The notes beneath the pieces are model-generated. The model saw only the letters and a list, made by a program, of their open reading frames with translations, made no database searches and had not been told where the DNA came from. Shown here piece after piece: positions 37,232 through 47,657 of a stretch of 64,000 nucleotides of DNA. The position numbers were made by a program, and so were the translations under genes. This DNA comes from a virus. Position 1 is the stretch's first letter, and each line of letters starts with the position of its first letter. The stretch lies in the IMG/VR virus record IMGVR_UViG_3300009128_000002. One strand, written 5' to 3'.

Positions 37232-39049
37232 ATGAGAAAAAACGACGTTAAGGTTCTATCTGAGATAGAACACGTACTTCATCGGCCTGGGATGTATGTT
37301 GGTGATACCACTATTGGTAAACACGACAAATGGGTAATGGAAGATGGACGTATCGCAAAGAAAAAAGTCAAAGTTGTACCGGCATTCCTCAAGTTATTTG
37401 ATGAAATCATCAGTAATTGTATTGATGAAGGTTTTCGTACAAACTTTAAGTATGCTAATGAAATCAAGGTGAGGGTTGATGACAATGGAAAAATTACAAT
37501 TGAGGATAACGGACGAGGAATACCAGTCAAAGAGTCGGAAGGTGGTAAAACACAGTCTGAACTTGCTTTCACAAACCTACGTGCAGGAGCGAATTTTGAT
37601 GATGGTGTGGGTAACGTTTCTATTGGTACACACGGTCTTGGTTCTACATTAGTTAATATTCTATCAAAGAAGTTTATTGCTCACACTGACGATGGTAAGA
37701 AACACTTCCGTCTACAGTGTAGCAAAAATATGAGTGAGATTGATACTGAGGTATCAGAAACAAAAAACAAACAAGGAACAACAGTAAGTTATTTTGCTGA
37801 TTTTGATAGACTTGGTATGAAAGGTATTGATGCCGACCATATGAGTTTGATTGAAAAACGTGTAACAGACCTTGCAGTATGTTTCCCACAAATCAAATTC
37901 AAATTCAATGGTCGTCTTGTTAAAGCAGGTACGTTCAAAGAATACCTAAAAAAGATAGGAGATACATATGAAATTTGCGAAACATCTACTTTCAAGGTCG
38001 CAGTTATTCCGTCAGAAAGTGGAGAATATATTTCTTTTGTTAACGGAATCGACACTTTTGGTGGTGGTGTTCATTGCGATATTGTTAGTAGTGATGTCGC
38101 TGGAGCCTTAAAGGACGCAATTAAAAAGAAACATAAATTAGACATTCGTGTACCAGACATTAAGAACCGTCTGTTGTTTGTAGTTATTACAAATGATGTT
38201 GGTGACCCAAAGTTTGATTCGCAAACAAAAGAGCGTTTAACTAATAATGCTAATGAAATTAAACCAATCTTTGAAGGTGTAACAGATGATAAATTCATCA
38301 ATCGTATTATGCGAAATGAAGAACTTATCCAACCAATCATTGAAGCATTATTATTAAAGAAACAACTTGCTGAAGCACGTGCATTACGTAAAGCACAAAA
38401 GACTGCTAAAAAGAAAAAGGTTGCAAGTCATATTAGTGCTAGTGGTAAAAACACTGAGGATAAGATACTATTCATTACTGAAGGACAGTCTGCTATTAGT
38501 AACTTGATTAACGTAAGACAAACTGCTATTCACGGTGGTTTTCCGTTGAGGGGTAAGCCACGTAATGTGAGGGAATTGAAACCAACTGATATTATGAAGA
38601 ACAAAGAGTTATCCGAGTTAATGAGTATAATTGGTCTTGAACTTGGTGAACCTGCAGATGACTTGAACTATGGAAAGATTGGTATCCTTGCTGATGCTGA
38701 TTATGACGGTTTTAGTATTGCGGCCCTTTTGGTTAATTTCTTTTCTAATTGGAAGGAATTGTTTGATGATGGACGTATCTTATTCATCAAATCACCAATT
38801 GTTATTGCTAAGAATAAGAAAAAGGTTAAACGATATTATGATTTAAAAGACTTTGCTGATGATAGTTTAGGTAGTGATTGGAAAATTGAATACAATAAAG
38901 GATTAGGAAGTCTTTCTGTTGAAGAATATGATTTAATGATTAATAACCCTGTGACAGAAACTATTGATTATGATAGTGGTGCCACTGGTAGTTTAGAAAC
39001 TGCATTTGGAAAGAATTCAATACCTAGAAAACAATGGTTATTAAATTAG
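37232..39049 (+). CDS. gp39: Type II topoisomerase large subunit (gp39+gp60 fused)
   Basis: EHVLHRPGMYVG, EIISNCID, DNGRG, TEGQSA, PLRGK, DADYDG, KGLGS. Confidence 0.95.
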   Translation: MRKNDVKVLSEIEHVLHRPGMYVGDTTIGKHDKWVMEDGRIAKKKVKVVPAFLKLFDEIISNCIDEGFRTNFKYANEIKVRVDDNGKITIEDNGRGIPVKESEGGKTQSELAFTNLRAGANFDDGVGNVSIGTHGLGSTLVNILSKKFIAHTDDGKKHFRLQCSKNMSEIDTEVSETKNKQGTTVSYFADFDRLGMKGIDADHMSLIEKRVTDLAVCFPQIKFKFNGRLVKAGTFKEYLKKIGDTYEICETSTFKVAVIPSESGEYISFVNGIDTFGGGVHCDIVSSDVAGALKDAIKKKHKLDIRVPDIKNRLLFVVITNDVGDPKFDSQTKERLTNNANEIKPIFEGVTDDKFINRIMRNEELIQPIIEALLLKKQLAEARALRKAQKTAKKKKVASHISASGKNTEDKILFITEGQSAISNLINVRQTAIHGGFPLRGKPRNVRELKPTDIMKNKELSELMSIIGLELGEPADDLNYGKIGILADADYDGFSIAALLVNFFSNWKELFDDGRILFIKSPIVIAKNKKKVKRYYDLKDFADDSLGSDWKIEYNKGLGSLSVEEYDLMINNPVTETIDYDSGATGSLETAFGKNSIPRKQWLLN

Positions 39050-39054
39050 TATGC

Positions 39055-39083
39055 TTGACAAACATTGGTTGTTAGGGTATAAT
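39055..39083 (+). promoter_or_regulatory. Consensus sigma70 promoter
   Basis: TTGACA-17bp-TATAAT. Confidence 0.8.
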
Positions 39084-39109
39084 ACGAAGTATTGAATGAG
39101 GAATATATT

Positions 39110-40402
39110 ATGAATGTAACACAATTGATAGACACACAATACCGTGACTACTCTAAGTATGTATTGTATAGTCGTGCAATTCCTAATATGATTGATGGGT
39201 TAAAACCGTCACAGCGTAAGATTTTATATACTGCACTTAAAACTGCAAAAACTAATCGTATTAAGACTGCTTCGTTAAGTGGTAACACCATTAGTCAGGG
39301 AAATTACCATCATGGTGATGCATCGCTAAATGAAGCAATTACAAAGATGGTTCAACCTTTCAGTAATAACGTTCCATTACTAAGGGGTGAGGGGTCATTT
39401 GGTAGTAGGTTAGTGCCAGAGGCAGCTGCCGCCAGATATACCTATGTACAAACCCATAAAAACTTTGAAAGTTATTTTGCTGATACTATGGTGACAGACC
39501 CCTCTGTCGACCCCGAAGACCCCGAGCCTGCGTTTTATTTGCCGATTATACCTTGGGTGTTGGTTAATGGAATTAAAGGTATTGCTGTTGGTTTTGCGAC
39601 TGAAATTCAACCACATAACCCTAAAGACCTTTCTAAGTTGTGTAAAGCACATCTTGAAGGTAAGGACATATCAAAACGTAAGTTATTACCATCATACCCA
39701 GAATTCAAAGGTACTATTAGTGAAGTAAATGGTGATATTTATTGTGAAGGTGAATTTAATTTAAAAAGTCAAACTAAATTAATTATTACAGAAGTGCCTA
39801 TTGGTTATAATAGGGAAACGTATGTTAATTTATTAGATAAACTTGAAAATGAAGGTAAGTTGGTATCATATACAGATAAGTGCGATTCATCTGGTTTTAA
39901 GTTTGACATTACACTTAAACGTGGTAAGTCACTGACACCAAATCAGATAATTAATACATTTAAACTAAAGAAAAAGTTAAATCAAAATCTAACGGTTATT
40001 AATGATAAAAATGAGTTAAAGGTTTACGATACTACTATTGATATTATTAAAGACTTTTGTAACTACCGTTTAACAAAATATACTGAACGTTATAATTGGT
40101 TAATTGATAAAGGTACTACCGATTTAAAATTATTAATGTCTAAAATTAAATTTATTGAAGCCGTGATTAAAGGTGATATTGAATTTAATAACAAAAACAA
40201 ACAACAAATTAAAGATGAATTAAAAGTCCTAAATGAGGATGATGAAACCATTGACATTCTTATTAGAATGCCTATTTACACGTTATGTCAAGATGAACTT
40301 GATAAACTAAAAGAACAGGGTGGTGCTTTATATAATCAGATTGAAGAATGGAAAGTGGTTGATGTGAATGAGCAATTCATTAAGGAATTGGGTGAATTAT
40401 AA
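39110..40402 (+). CDS. gp52: Type II topoisomerase medium subunit gp52
   Basis: RAIPNMIDGLKPSQRK, YHHGD, AAARY, GIAVGF. Confidence 0.95.
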   Translation: MNVTQLIDTQYRDYSKYVLYSRAIPNMIDGLKPSQRKILYTALKTAKTNRIKTASLSGNTISQGNYHHGDASLNEAITKMVQPFSNNVPLLRGEGSFGSRLVPEAAAARYTYVQTHKNFESYFADTMVTDPSVDPEDPEPAFYLPIIPWVLVNGIKGIAVGFATEIQPHNPKDLSKLCKAHLEGKDISKRKLLPSYPEFKGTISEVNGDIYCEGEFNLKSQTKLIITEVPIGYNRETYVNLLDKLENEGKLVSYTDKCDSSGFKFDITLKRGKSLTPNQIINTFKLKKKLNQNLTVINDKNELKVYDTTIDIIKDFCNYRLTKYTERYNWLIDKGTTDLKLLMSKIKFIEAVIKGDIEFNNKNKQQIKDELKVLNEDDETIDILIRMPIYTLCQDELDKLKEQGGALYNQIEEWKVVDVNEQFIKELGEL

Positions 40403-40698
40403 TGAAATTGATTAGAGATAACTATGTAAAGATTATACCTGAAGAAAGGTTATTTGTTGTAGACCCAAAAACTACTCCAGATGTTTTCAAAGAATACGTG
40501 GTTGCTAAAATTTATGAAGAGTTGGATGAACTTGCAGAAAGTGGTTATAAAGATATAACTGAATATGCAGATGTGTATGAAGTATTTTTAAAATTAATGG
40601 AAATTAATAATGTAACATTAGAAGAGGTTATTAATGCACGTGTGTCTAAACGTGAACAATTTGGTGGTTTCGATGATGGTCTTATATTAAGGAAATAA
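40402..40698 (+). CDS. MazG/PRA-PH-like NTP pyrophosphohydrolase
   Basis: KLIRD, EELDEL, EYADVYEV, KREQFGGF. Confidence 0.75.
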   Translation: MKLIRDNYVKIIPEERLFVVDPKTTPDVFKEYVVAKIYEELDELAESGYKDITEYADVYEVFLKLMEINNVTLEEVINARVSKREQFGGFDDGLILRK

Positions 40699-40699
40699 T

Positions 40700-40924
40700 A
40701 TGGAATTTTTAGATGAAATGCCTGATGAAGGAAAAGAAGTGGTAGAGAAAAAAATACCAAATAAGAAAAAAGAAATTAAAACAAAACCACCATCTGATGG
40801 GTTTGGATTAGAAATTGGATCATTAATATTTTCTAGTGATGATGCTGACCTTGAAATTAAAGATGTAAAGGTAAGGGATATGGATGATTTTAGAAAATTA
40901 TTAATGGAGGTATTGGAACAATGA
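40700..40924 (+). CDS. Hypothetical protein
   Basis: Operon-packed ORF. Confidence 0.55.
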   Translation: MEFLDEMPDEGKEVVEKKIPNKKKEIKTKPPSDGFGLEIGSLIFSSDDADLEIKDVKVRDMDDFRKLLMEVLEQ

Positions 40925-41769
40925 TATTAGTTGATTATTCACAAGTGATGGTTGGTGGTCTAATGTCCCATGCCAAATCAATGAATGATGTAAGTGAAGA
41001 CTTGTTGCGTCATATGGTTTTAAATACACTTAGGTCATACCGTAAACAGTTTGGTAAAACATATGGTGAATTGGTATTATGTATTGATTCACGTCATTAT
41101 TGGAGACGTGATGTGTTTCCAAACTACAAACACGCAAGAAAAAGTGGACGTGATAAATCGGCATTTGATTGGGACATTTTGTTTGGTTGGTTTGATAAAA
41201 TCAAGGCAGAACTAAAAGAAAACTTTCCATATAAAACCATTGACGTGATGGCCGCTGAAGCAGATGACGTTATTGGTGTATTAAGTAAGTATAAACATAT
41301 GGAAGAAAAGATACTTATTTTATCTAGTGATAAGGATTTTATTCAATTGCATAAGTACAAAAATGTTAGACAGTATTCACCTATGCAGAAGAAATGGGTA
41401 AGACATCCAGATCCAATTGGGTATGCTAAAGAACATATTATTAGAGGTGACCGTGGTGATGGTATCCCAAACTTTTTAAGTGGTGATGATTTTCTTGTGG
41501 AAGGTATTAGACAAACTCCAATCAGTAAAAAGAAACTTGAAGTGTGGTTAACACAAACACCTGAAGAAATTTGTGAAGGTAACGAAGAAATGATGGAAAG
41601 GTGGCAACGCAATTCACGTTTGACACAATTCGATGAAGTGCCTGAACTGTTACAAAATGATATTCTCAACGCATTTAAGAAAGAACCAAAAGGTGCTAGG
41701 AAAAAGTTATATAATTATTTTGTGATGAATAAGTTACAAAACTTGATGGATGTTATTGGAGATTTTTAA
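40921..41769 (+). CDS. rnh: T4 RNase H (5'-3' FEN-family nuclease)
   Basis: MILVD, YWRRDVFPNYK, EADD, SSDKDFIQL, GDRGDGIPN. Confidence 0.95.
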   Translation: MILVDYSQVMVGGLMSHAKSMNDVSEDLLRHMVLNTLRSYRKQFGKTYGELVLCIDSRHYWRRDVFPNYKHARKSGRDKSAFDWDILFGWFDKIKAELKENFPYKTIDVMAAEADDVIGVLSKYKHMEEKILILSSDKDFIQLHKYKNVRQYSPMQKKWVRHPDPIGYAKEHIIRGDRGDGIPNFLSGDDFLVEGIRQTPISKKKLEVWLTQTPEEICEGNEEMMERWQRNSRLTQFDEVPELLQNDILNAFKKEPKGARKKLYNYFVMNKLQNLMDVIGDF

Positions 41770-42002
41770 TGAGGGATGAGTGTAATCATAGGTGGGTATA
41801 TTATTTAAAGTATTTTTCTGCAACAATGGTTTTAATTGCTATTGTTCTTCATACTTTAGACATGTATCCAATCAATATTATTGTTCATTTAATTGGTGCT
41901 ATTGGTTGGACAGTAGTTGGTTTAATGTGGAAAGAAAATTCAATATTATTGAACTTCGCTCCACAAATTTTAATTTTTAGTTTAGGATTATTGTTGTTAT
42001 GA
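41769..42002 (+). CDS. Small multi-TM membrane protein
   Basis: YPINI...GWTVVG hydrophobic helices. Confidence 0.6.
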   Translation: MRDECNHRWVYYLKYFSATMVLIAIVLHTLDMYPINIIVHLIGAIGWTVVGLMWKENSILLNFAPQILIFSLGLLLL

Positions 42003-42193
42003 TATATGAATATAGATGTGAAAAGTGTGGCACCGTGTTTGAAATGAACCGACCATCTTCTGAGTACAAAGAACCAGGCGAATGTCCTAAATGTGATGGT
42101 CAGGGACATAGAATTTTAAGTACACCATTGTTTAAAACAGGTGGTGGTGGTCATAAAAATGTAATTAGACAACAGGAGATTGTATTGTGGTAA
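41999..42193 (+). CDS. FmdB-family zinc-ribbon protein
   Basis: IYEYRCEKCG...CPKC. Confidence 0.75.
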   Translation: MIYEYRCEKCGTVFEMNRPSSEYKEPGECPKCDGQGHRILSTPLFKTGGGGHKNVIRQQEIVLW

Positions 42194-42807
42194 ATAAAAT
42201 TAATGATGTTAGTATCTGGGGATATGGTGGTGAGGAAGTTAATATTCCTATTACTGAAGCACAATACGACTATTGGAAAGATAGGGAAGACGAATTAACT
42301 GATTATTGTTTATGTTGGGATGACGAAGATGTTTCTGTTTCTATTCCTATGGAAATGCGTTTTCTACAATCGGAAGATGGTGAATACCACAATGCAATTT
42401 GGGATGCAGATAATATTATTATACATGAAACTGTTTGTACACTTGATAGTGCTAAATTGGATGTACAAGTTGATGGTGAAATGGTATTTGAAAATGAAGA
42501 AATTGGAACAACTGAATTAAATGAAACATATATACCATCTAATGAGGAAGATGATTATGCAGGTCACAAGTATATTATGACTTACGAAACTGCAGATAAA
42601 GGTACTTTCTTTGCTTTAGAGGAAGAAGTTGAAGTAGAGGATTTTTCAGTGGATAAAATGGAAATTATGACTACTGAAAATTACCACGGCGAAGAACTTA
42701 TTATTGGTGTTAGATATGATAATGTTGATTTAGATGTGTATTTTGAAGATTCACGTAATGTTGCTATTAATTGTAGTGTGTGGATTAACCAAAGTGAGGT
42801 TGATTAA
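42187..42807 (+). CDS. Very acidic hypothetical protein
   Basis: GYGGE; D/E-rich. Confidence 0.65.
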   Translation: MVNKINDVSIWGYGGEEVNIPITEAQYDYWKDREDELTDYCLCWDDEDVSVSIPMEMRFLQSEDGEYHNAIWDADNIIIHETVCTLDSAKLDVQVDGEMVFENEEIGTTELNETYIPSNEEDDYAGHKYIMTYETADKGTFFALEEEVEVEDFSVDKMEIMTTENYHGEELIIGVRYDNVDLDVYFEDSRNVAINCSVWINQSEVD

Positions 42808-44153
42808 TGCTTAAAAGTGTAAGTGAAATATTAAAAGAGTTAGAAAGTGATAATGGAAGGTTATTTAAGATTAATGTTTTAGAAGAAAACTTAGATAATA
42901 GATTATTTGAACGTGTGGTTAAGGCTACTCTAGACCCATATACACAATATTATATTCGCAAAATACCTGATTTTATATTTGATGTTACTACTGAAAAATT
43001 AGACTTGGATTGGGCATTGGGTAAATTAAAAATGCTATCTGATAGGGTTGTGACTGGTAATGATGCACGTGACCATTTAAAAATGGTTTTGGAAACATTG
43101 ACACTTGAAGACGCAGATGTGGTTACACGTATTATTGGGAAGGATCTTAAATGTGGTGTAAATGTAAGCACAGTTAATAAGGCTTATGGTAAAGGTTTTA
43201 TTGAAAAATACCCTTGTATGCTTGCCAGTGCATATAATGAAAAGAACTTCAAACATATTAAATACCCTGCAATTGTACAAATAAAGTCCGATGGTATGAG
43301 AGCAAACATTATTATGAACGCAAATGGTAATGTTGAGATACGTAGTAGAAACGGAAAGGATATTGAATTGCACGGTCATTTTGATGAGGTTGTGCGTAGT
43401 GTTTTTTATTCAAAACCAAGCGGTGCTACTTTAGACCAGTTCAGGTCTGCAGTTATAGATGGTGAATTGGTTGTACTTGATGAGAACTTAGAATATGTAT
43501 TGGATCGTAAGACTGGTAATGGTATTTTAAATAAAGCAGTTAAAGGTACAATAAGTAAAGAGGAAGTTAAAAGGGTGCGTTTGGTTGCTTGGGATTTAAT
43601 TCCTTTAGATGATTTTAAGGCATTGAGGTGTGATATACCTTATTTTGATAGGTTAGATGTATTGCGTCAACGTATGGATGAGGTTAGTAATACGTTTGAT
43701 AAACAGTTGATTGAAATACAGACTACTGCTTTTGTTGATAACTTTGAACAGGCACAACTATTATTTAATGAAGCATTAAGTGATGGTGAAGAGGGTGTTA
43801 TTGTAAAGAATGGTGACTCCCCTTGGGAAGATAAACGTTCTAAATATCAAGTAAAGATGAAAGCAGAACTTGAAGCAGATTTGTTAGTGACTGAGTGGAA
43901 TGAAGGAACAGGACGTATTGAGGGTCTTATGGGTTCTGTTACGTGCGTGAGTGCTGATGGTGGATTAGAGGTACACGTTGGATCAGGATTCAATGATGAA
44001 GACCGTAAAATGGTTGCAGGTGATATTGTTGGTAAAATCATCACAGTGAAATACAATGAAGTGATACAAGACAAAAACAAAGATAAAAAATCACTTTTCC
44101 TGCCTATATTTGAAGAGATTAGATTAGATAAAAATGTCGCAGACAAATTTTGA
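42807..44153 (+). CDS. gp30: ATP-dependent DNA ligase gp30
   Basis: KSDGMR, IDGEL, EGVIVK, KMK, VGSGF, SLFLP. Confidence 0.95.
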   Translation: MLKSVSEILKELESDNGRLFKINVLEENLDNRLFERVVKATLDPYTQYYIRKIPDFIFDVTTEKLDLDWALGKLKMLSDRVVTGNDARDHLKMVLETLTLEDADVVTRIIGKDLKCGVNVSTVNKAYGKGFIEKYPCMLASAYNEKNFKHIKYPAIVQIKSDGMRANIIMNANGNVEIRSRNGKDIELHGHFDEVVRSVFYSKPSGATLDQFRSAVIDGELVVLDENLEYVLDRKTGNGILNKAVKGTISKEEVKRVRLVAWDLIPLDDFKALRCDIPYFDRLDVLRQRMDEVSNTFDKQLIEIQTTAFVDNFEQAQLLFNEALSDGEEGVIVKNGDSPWEDKRSKYQVKMKAELEADLLVTEWNEGTGRIEGLMGSVTCVSADGGLEVHVGSGFNDEDRKMVAGDIVGKIITVKYNEVIQDKNKDKKSLFLPIFEEIRLDKNVADKF

Positions 44154-44343
44154 GAAATATCATAAAAAGAAAACAAAAGAATTAAAAGAGAAACGACTTG
44201 CAGTATGCAAGGAGTGTGAACACGTCCGAGACCTTAAAAATAGGGGTTGGATAAATTATTGCAATTTGTGTGGTTGTATGTTACTTGTTAAAGCAAGAAT
44301 ACGATCATCTGATTGCCCAATAGGAAAATGGGATGAATTATAA
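44134..44343 (+). CDS. Cys-rich small protein
   Basis: RLAVCKEC...CNLCGC...CPIGKW. Confidence 0.65.
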   Translation: MSQTNFEKYHKKKTKELKEKRLAVCKECEHVRDLKNRGWINYCNLCGCMLLVKARIRSSDCPIGKWDEL

Positions 44344-45307
44344 AGAAAGTGGAGTAGACCTGCACGAGCAGGATGTTTTTAATGCAAGATTGGCCAAGAA
44401 AATGCCTTGGTTAGGTGGTTTTGGTGGTGCATTTGATATTGGTGAGGATTATTTAATATCATCTACAGATGGTGTAGGTACTAAAGTTATGTTATATAAT
44501 GACTATAAAGATGAGCCAGGTGTGAGTATTAGTAATTTGGGTATTGACCTTGTTGCAATGGTAATGAACGATATTGTATGCACTGGTGCTAAACCTTTAT
44601 TTTTTAATGACTATCTTGCAGTAAATGATTTGACTAAAATGGACGCTATGGATCTGATTGCTGGTATTAATACAGGTCTGCATCTTTGTGGTGATGTGCC
44701 ACTATTGGGTGGTGAAACTGCTATTATGGGTGATATGTATGGTGAGGGTGAGTTTGATGTTGCTGGTTTTGGTGTAGGTGCCTGTCCTAAGGATGATTTT
44801 ATTGATGGTACTGCTATTTCTGATGGTGATGTTATGTTAGGACTTGCTTCAAGTGGTTTTCACTCTAATGGTTATACTTTGATTAGAAAGGTACTTGAAA
44901 ACGTTCCTAATGAGGATATACCTACAGATTTGTTTAAAGATTTACTGAAACCTACTAAAATATATGTTAATTCAATCCTACATACATTAAAGAAACATAA
45001 GACGTCAATTCACGGAATTGCCCATATCACGGGTGGTGGCAGAGCAAACGTAAATCGCTTATTAGGTGAAGATATTAATTTGCGACCAGTATGGCACGAT
45101 GCAGAGCCTAAAAACGATATGTTTGAGTTTATTAAGAAATATGGTAATATTGATGAGTTTGAGTTTAGAAAGGTTTTCAATAATGGTATTGGAATGGTAC
45201 TAATTGTAGATCGTGGTGATGCATTTGAAATACAACGTACACTTGAATCTGTTGGTGAAAAGGTTATTGAAGTTGGTGCAATTGGAACTAGAGTGAGGGT
45301 ACAATAA
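44333..45307 (+). CDS. purM: AIR synthetase
   Basis: YKESGVD, STDGVGTK, GGETA, SSGFHSNG, HITGGG, FNNGIGM. Confidence 0.95.
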   Translation: MNYKESGVDLHEQDVFNARLAKKMPWLGGFGGAFDIGEDYLISSTDGVGTKVMLYNDYKDEPGVSISNLGIDLVAMVMNDIVCTGAKPLFFNDYLAVNDLTKMDAMDLIAGINTGLHLCGDVPLLGGETAIMGDMYGEGEFDVAGFGVGACPKDDFIDGTAISDGDVMLGLASSGFHSNGYTLIRKVLENVPNEDIPTDLFKDLLKPTKIYVNSILHTLKKHKTSIHGIAHITGGGRANVNRLLGEDINLRPVWHDAEPKNDMFEFIKKYGNIDEFEFRKVFNNGIGMVLIVDRGDAFEIQRTLESVGEKVIEVGAIGTRVRVQ

Positions 45308-45627
45308 TGAGAATATTTGTGGATATTGACGAAACTATTTGTTTTGGTGGGTTTCCGTACAATAAATGTAAACCTATAAAGGAACGTATAGAACGCATTA
45401 ATACGTTATATGACAAAGGAAATCATATAACATATTGGACAGCACGTGGTGGTCGCAGTGGTGTTGATTTTACACAAATAACAACTTCGCAACTAGAAAT
45501 ATGGGGTGCTAAGTACGACGAATTGCTTATGAACAATAAACCGTCATATGACTTGTATATTGATGATAAATCAATCAATTCTGAAGCATTCTTTGATGAC
45601 GACCATTGTGGGATGAGTAGAAAATAA
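45307..45627 (+). CDS. HAD-like phosphatase
   Basis: DIDET, WTARG, KP.YDLYIDDK. Confidence 0.85.
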   Translation: MRIFVDIDETICFGGFPYNKCKPIKERIERINTLYDKGNHITYWTARGGRSGVDFTQITTSQLEIWGAKYDELLMNNKPSYDLYIDDKSINSEAFFDDDHCGMSRK

Positions 45628-45639
45628 TTACATAAAAAC

Positions 45640-45668
45640 TTGACTTTTTAATATTAGTATGGTATAAT
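45640..45668 (+). promoter_or_regulatory. sigma70-type promoter for porin
   Basis: TTGACT-17bp-TATAAT. Confidence 0.75.
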
Positions 45669-45812
45669 ATACCCATATATTAACTAAAATTGTATGTTGC
45701 GAAAATACAACAAATTTTATGCAAAAATACGAAAAATGTGTTATATATATCTAAGTAAATATATTAAAGAGTTATAATATGTTTGCTATAATTTAATTAA
45801 TGAAGGAAAATT

Positions 45813-46664
45813 ATGTATAAGAAAATTTTAATGGCAACTGTTGTTGCTACATCTATGACTGCTAACGCTGAATTTGGTATTACTGGTGACTATGAAGGCA
45901 CTTGGACTGACGGTGGAGCGGCCACTTTTGCACAAGACCTAGACCTAACTTTGGTTGGTTCAACTGAAGGTGCTAAGGTAACTGTAATGATGGAGGACTT
46001 GACTGGTGGTTCTACTGTAACTACTAATCAGGTATTTGTTGAAGCGGGTGTTGAGGGTTTAGACCTTAAAGCGGGTAACTATAAAACACAAAATGGTTCT
46101 GGTGTATTGCAAAAGAAATCTGCTGTTGCTAATCAATTTGAAATTGGTACAGATGTTGCTGGTTTTGGTGTAAGTGTTGGTCAAGTATCAGGCGATGGTA
46201 ATGCGACTGTAGATGCTTCTGTAACCGTTGCAGGTGTTGATCTAAGTGTACAAAATGTTGCAAATTCAGATCGTTTTGTAACTGCAAAACTTGATGTTGC
46301 AGGTGTTGATTTAACTACAGAAACACAAAATACATCTGTTGGTCGTAATACTGCCTTTGTTGCTACAACTACTGCTGGTGGTTTTGATGTGACTGGTGTT
46401 ATGATTGATGTAAATGATGCGACAGTTATTACACAAGATGATGGTGTATTAGGTGATATTTCTGATGCTACTAACGGTAAGGACTTGAATGGTGTTGTGG
46501 TAACAACTGCATCAACTTTAGGTACTGTGACAGGTAAGTACATCAATAAAAATGATGCAACTACATATGTTGGTAAATTGGAACGTGGTATTATGGAATA
46601 TGCATACTCAAAGACTGAAAATGTTGATGGTGTTGCATCTGTTAAACTTAAAGTAACTTTTTAA
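45813..46664 (+). CDS. Porin-like outer-membrane beta-barrel protein
   Basis: Sec signal ending ANA, alternating beta-strand pattern, C-terminal Phe (KLKVTF). Confidence 0.8.
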   Translation: MYKKILMATVVATSMTANAEFGITGDYEGTWTDGGAATFAQDLDLTLVGSTEGAKVTVMMEDLTGGSTVTTNQVFVEAGVEGLDLKAGNYKTQNGSGVLQKKSAVANQFEIGTDVAGFGVSVGQVSGDGNATVDASVTVAGVDLSVQNVANSDRFVTAKLDVAGVDLTTETQNTSVGRNTAFVATTTAGGFDVTGVMIDVNDATVITQDDGVLGDISDATNGKDLNGVVVTTASTLGTVTGKYINKNDATTYVGKLERGIMEYAYSKTENVDGVASVKLKVTF

Positions 46665-46695
46665 TTAAAAACAATAAGTTAAACTAGAGTTATAT

Positions 46696-46730
46696 AAAGA
46701 GGGTTGGTGTTTAAAGTCAGCCCTTTTTAT
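46696..46730 (+). terminator. Rho-independent terminator
   Basis: AGGGTTGG...TCAGCCCT followed by T-run. Confidence 0.7.
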
Positions 46731-46764
46731 TAAGAAACTATATTAGAATATTATAATATAGTTG

Positions 46765-46772
46765 TATAAATA
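46765..46772 (+). promoter_or_regulatory. T4 late promoter
   Basis: TATAAATA before the small secreted genes. Confidence 0.6.
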
Positions 46773-46846
46773 GAAGTGAGAATAGGTTTTAATGATGGTT
46801 GACCTTTATAAAATAAACCATTTATTATTTAATAGGAGAAGTGAAA

Positions 46847-47047
46847 ATGAAGAATATGTTTATTGCAATGGTTATGACTGTAGTAGCGTTTAATGCATCT
46901 GCAAATGGTGTAACTGATTATATTGCAGAGTTTTATAACGGAACGTGGTTTGTTGATACCACTTATGAAGTAACCGAGACGAAATGCCCACAGATCACAG
47001 ATGAGGATGTGATTGTTTATAATGAAAGTAATGGGTATTGGGATTAA
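46847..47047 (+). CDS. Small secreted protein
   Basis: AGGAG RBS, signal peptide ending ASA. Confidence 0.65.
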   Translation: MKNMFIAMVMTVVAFNASANGVTDYIAEFYNGTWFVDTTYEVTETKCPQITDEDVIVYNESNGYWD

Positions 47048-47073
47048 TTTTATATAATATAGGAGAAGTGAAA

Positions 47074-47343
47074 ATGAAGAAAATTTTAATGACAATTATG
47101 GCACTTATGGTGTCTGTATCTGCAAACGCATTTTTTGGTGCAAATAACGATATGGAATTTCCGTTAAGTGATGATAATAAATACGACAATGGTATGTTCG
47201 CATATAATGGATACGACTTTTTTGACCCACGTTGGTTTTCAACTGAGTTTACTAATATGGTAAATGAAATTGATGACGATGGGGATATGTTTGGTTCTAA
47301 CTATGATGACCACCGTTCACAATATAACTTTCCAACTAAGTAA
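47074..47343 (+). CDS. Small secreted N/D/aromatic-rich protein
   Basis: AGGAG RBS, signal peptide ANA-FF, YNGYDFFDPRWF. Confidence 0.7.
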   Translation: MKKILMTIMALMVSVSANAFFGANNDMEFPLSDDNKYDNGMFAYNGYDFFDPRWFSTEFTNMVNEIDDDGDMFGSNYDDHRSQYNFPTK

Positions 47344-47355
47344 AGTTTAGTGATT

Positions 47356-47390
47356 ATAGTGATGTTTTCTTAAATAGGGGACATCACTAT
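47356..47390. other. 15-bp stem-loop after the secreted gene
   Basis: ATAGTGATGTTTTCT-TAAAT-AGGGGACATCACTAT (with G-U pairs). Confidence 0.6.
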
Positions 47391-47657
47391 TGTGACTAGA
47401 TTTGAGGAAAAACAAGGAGAAAACGATGAATATTGGAGATAATATAAACGCATTATATGGTATGTGGAAAATGCATTGCCTTTTACCAAGAGCATATAGA
47501 TTTTTTAAAGCATTTATCCAAACATATAAAGACCACAAATAAGAATGGAACTTTGGATAATTAACACAATGATGGCAAGTGCTTTAGTATTTGCGTTTTA
47601 TATAACACAAGAAGATAGAAACTATTTTTGTCAAAAACAAGTGGAGAAAATTAAATT

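Noticed and set aside
37232-39049. T4 gene 60-type translational bypass or split topoisomerase
   Set aside because: The 39 and 60 domains form one continuous ORF.
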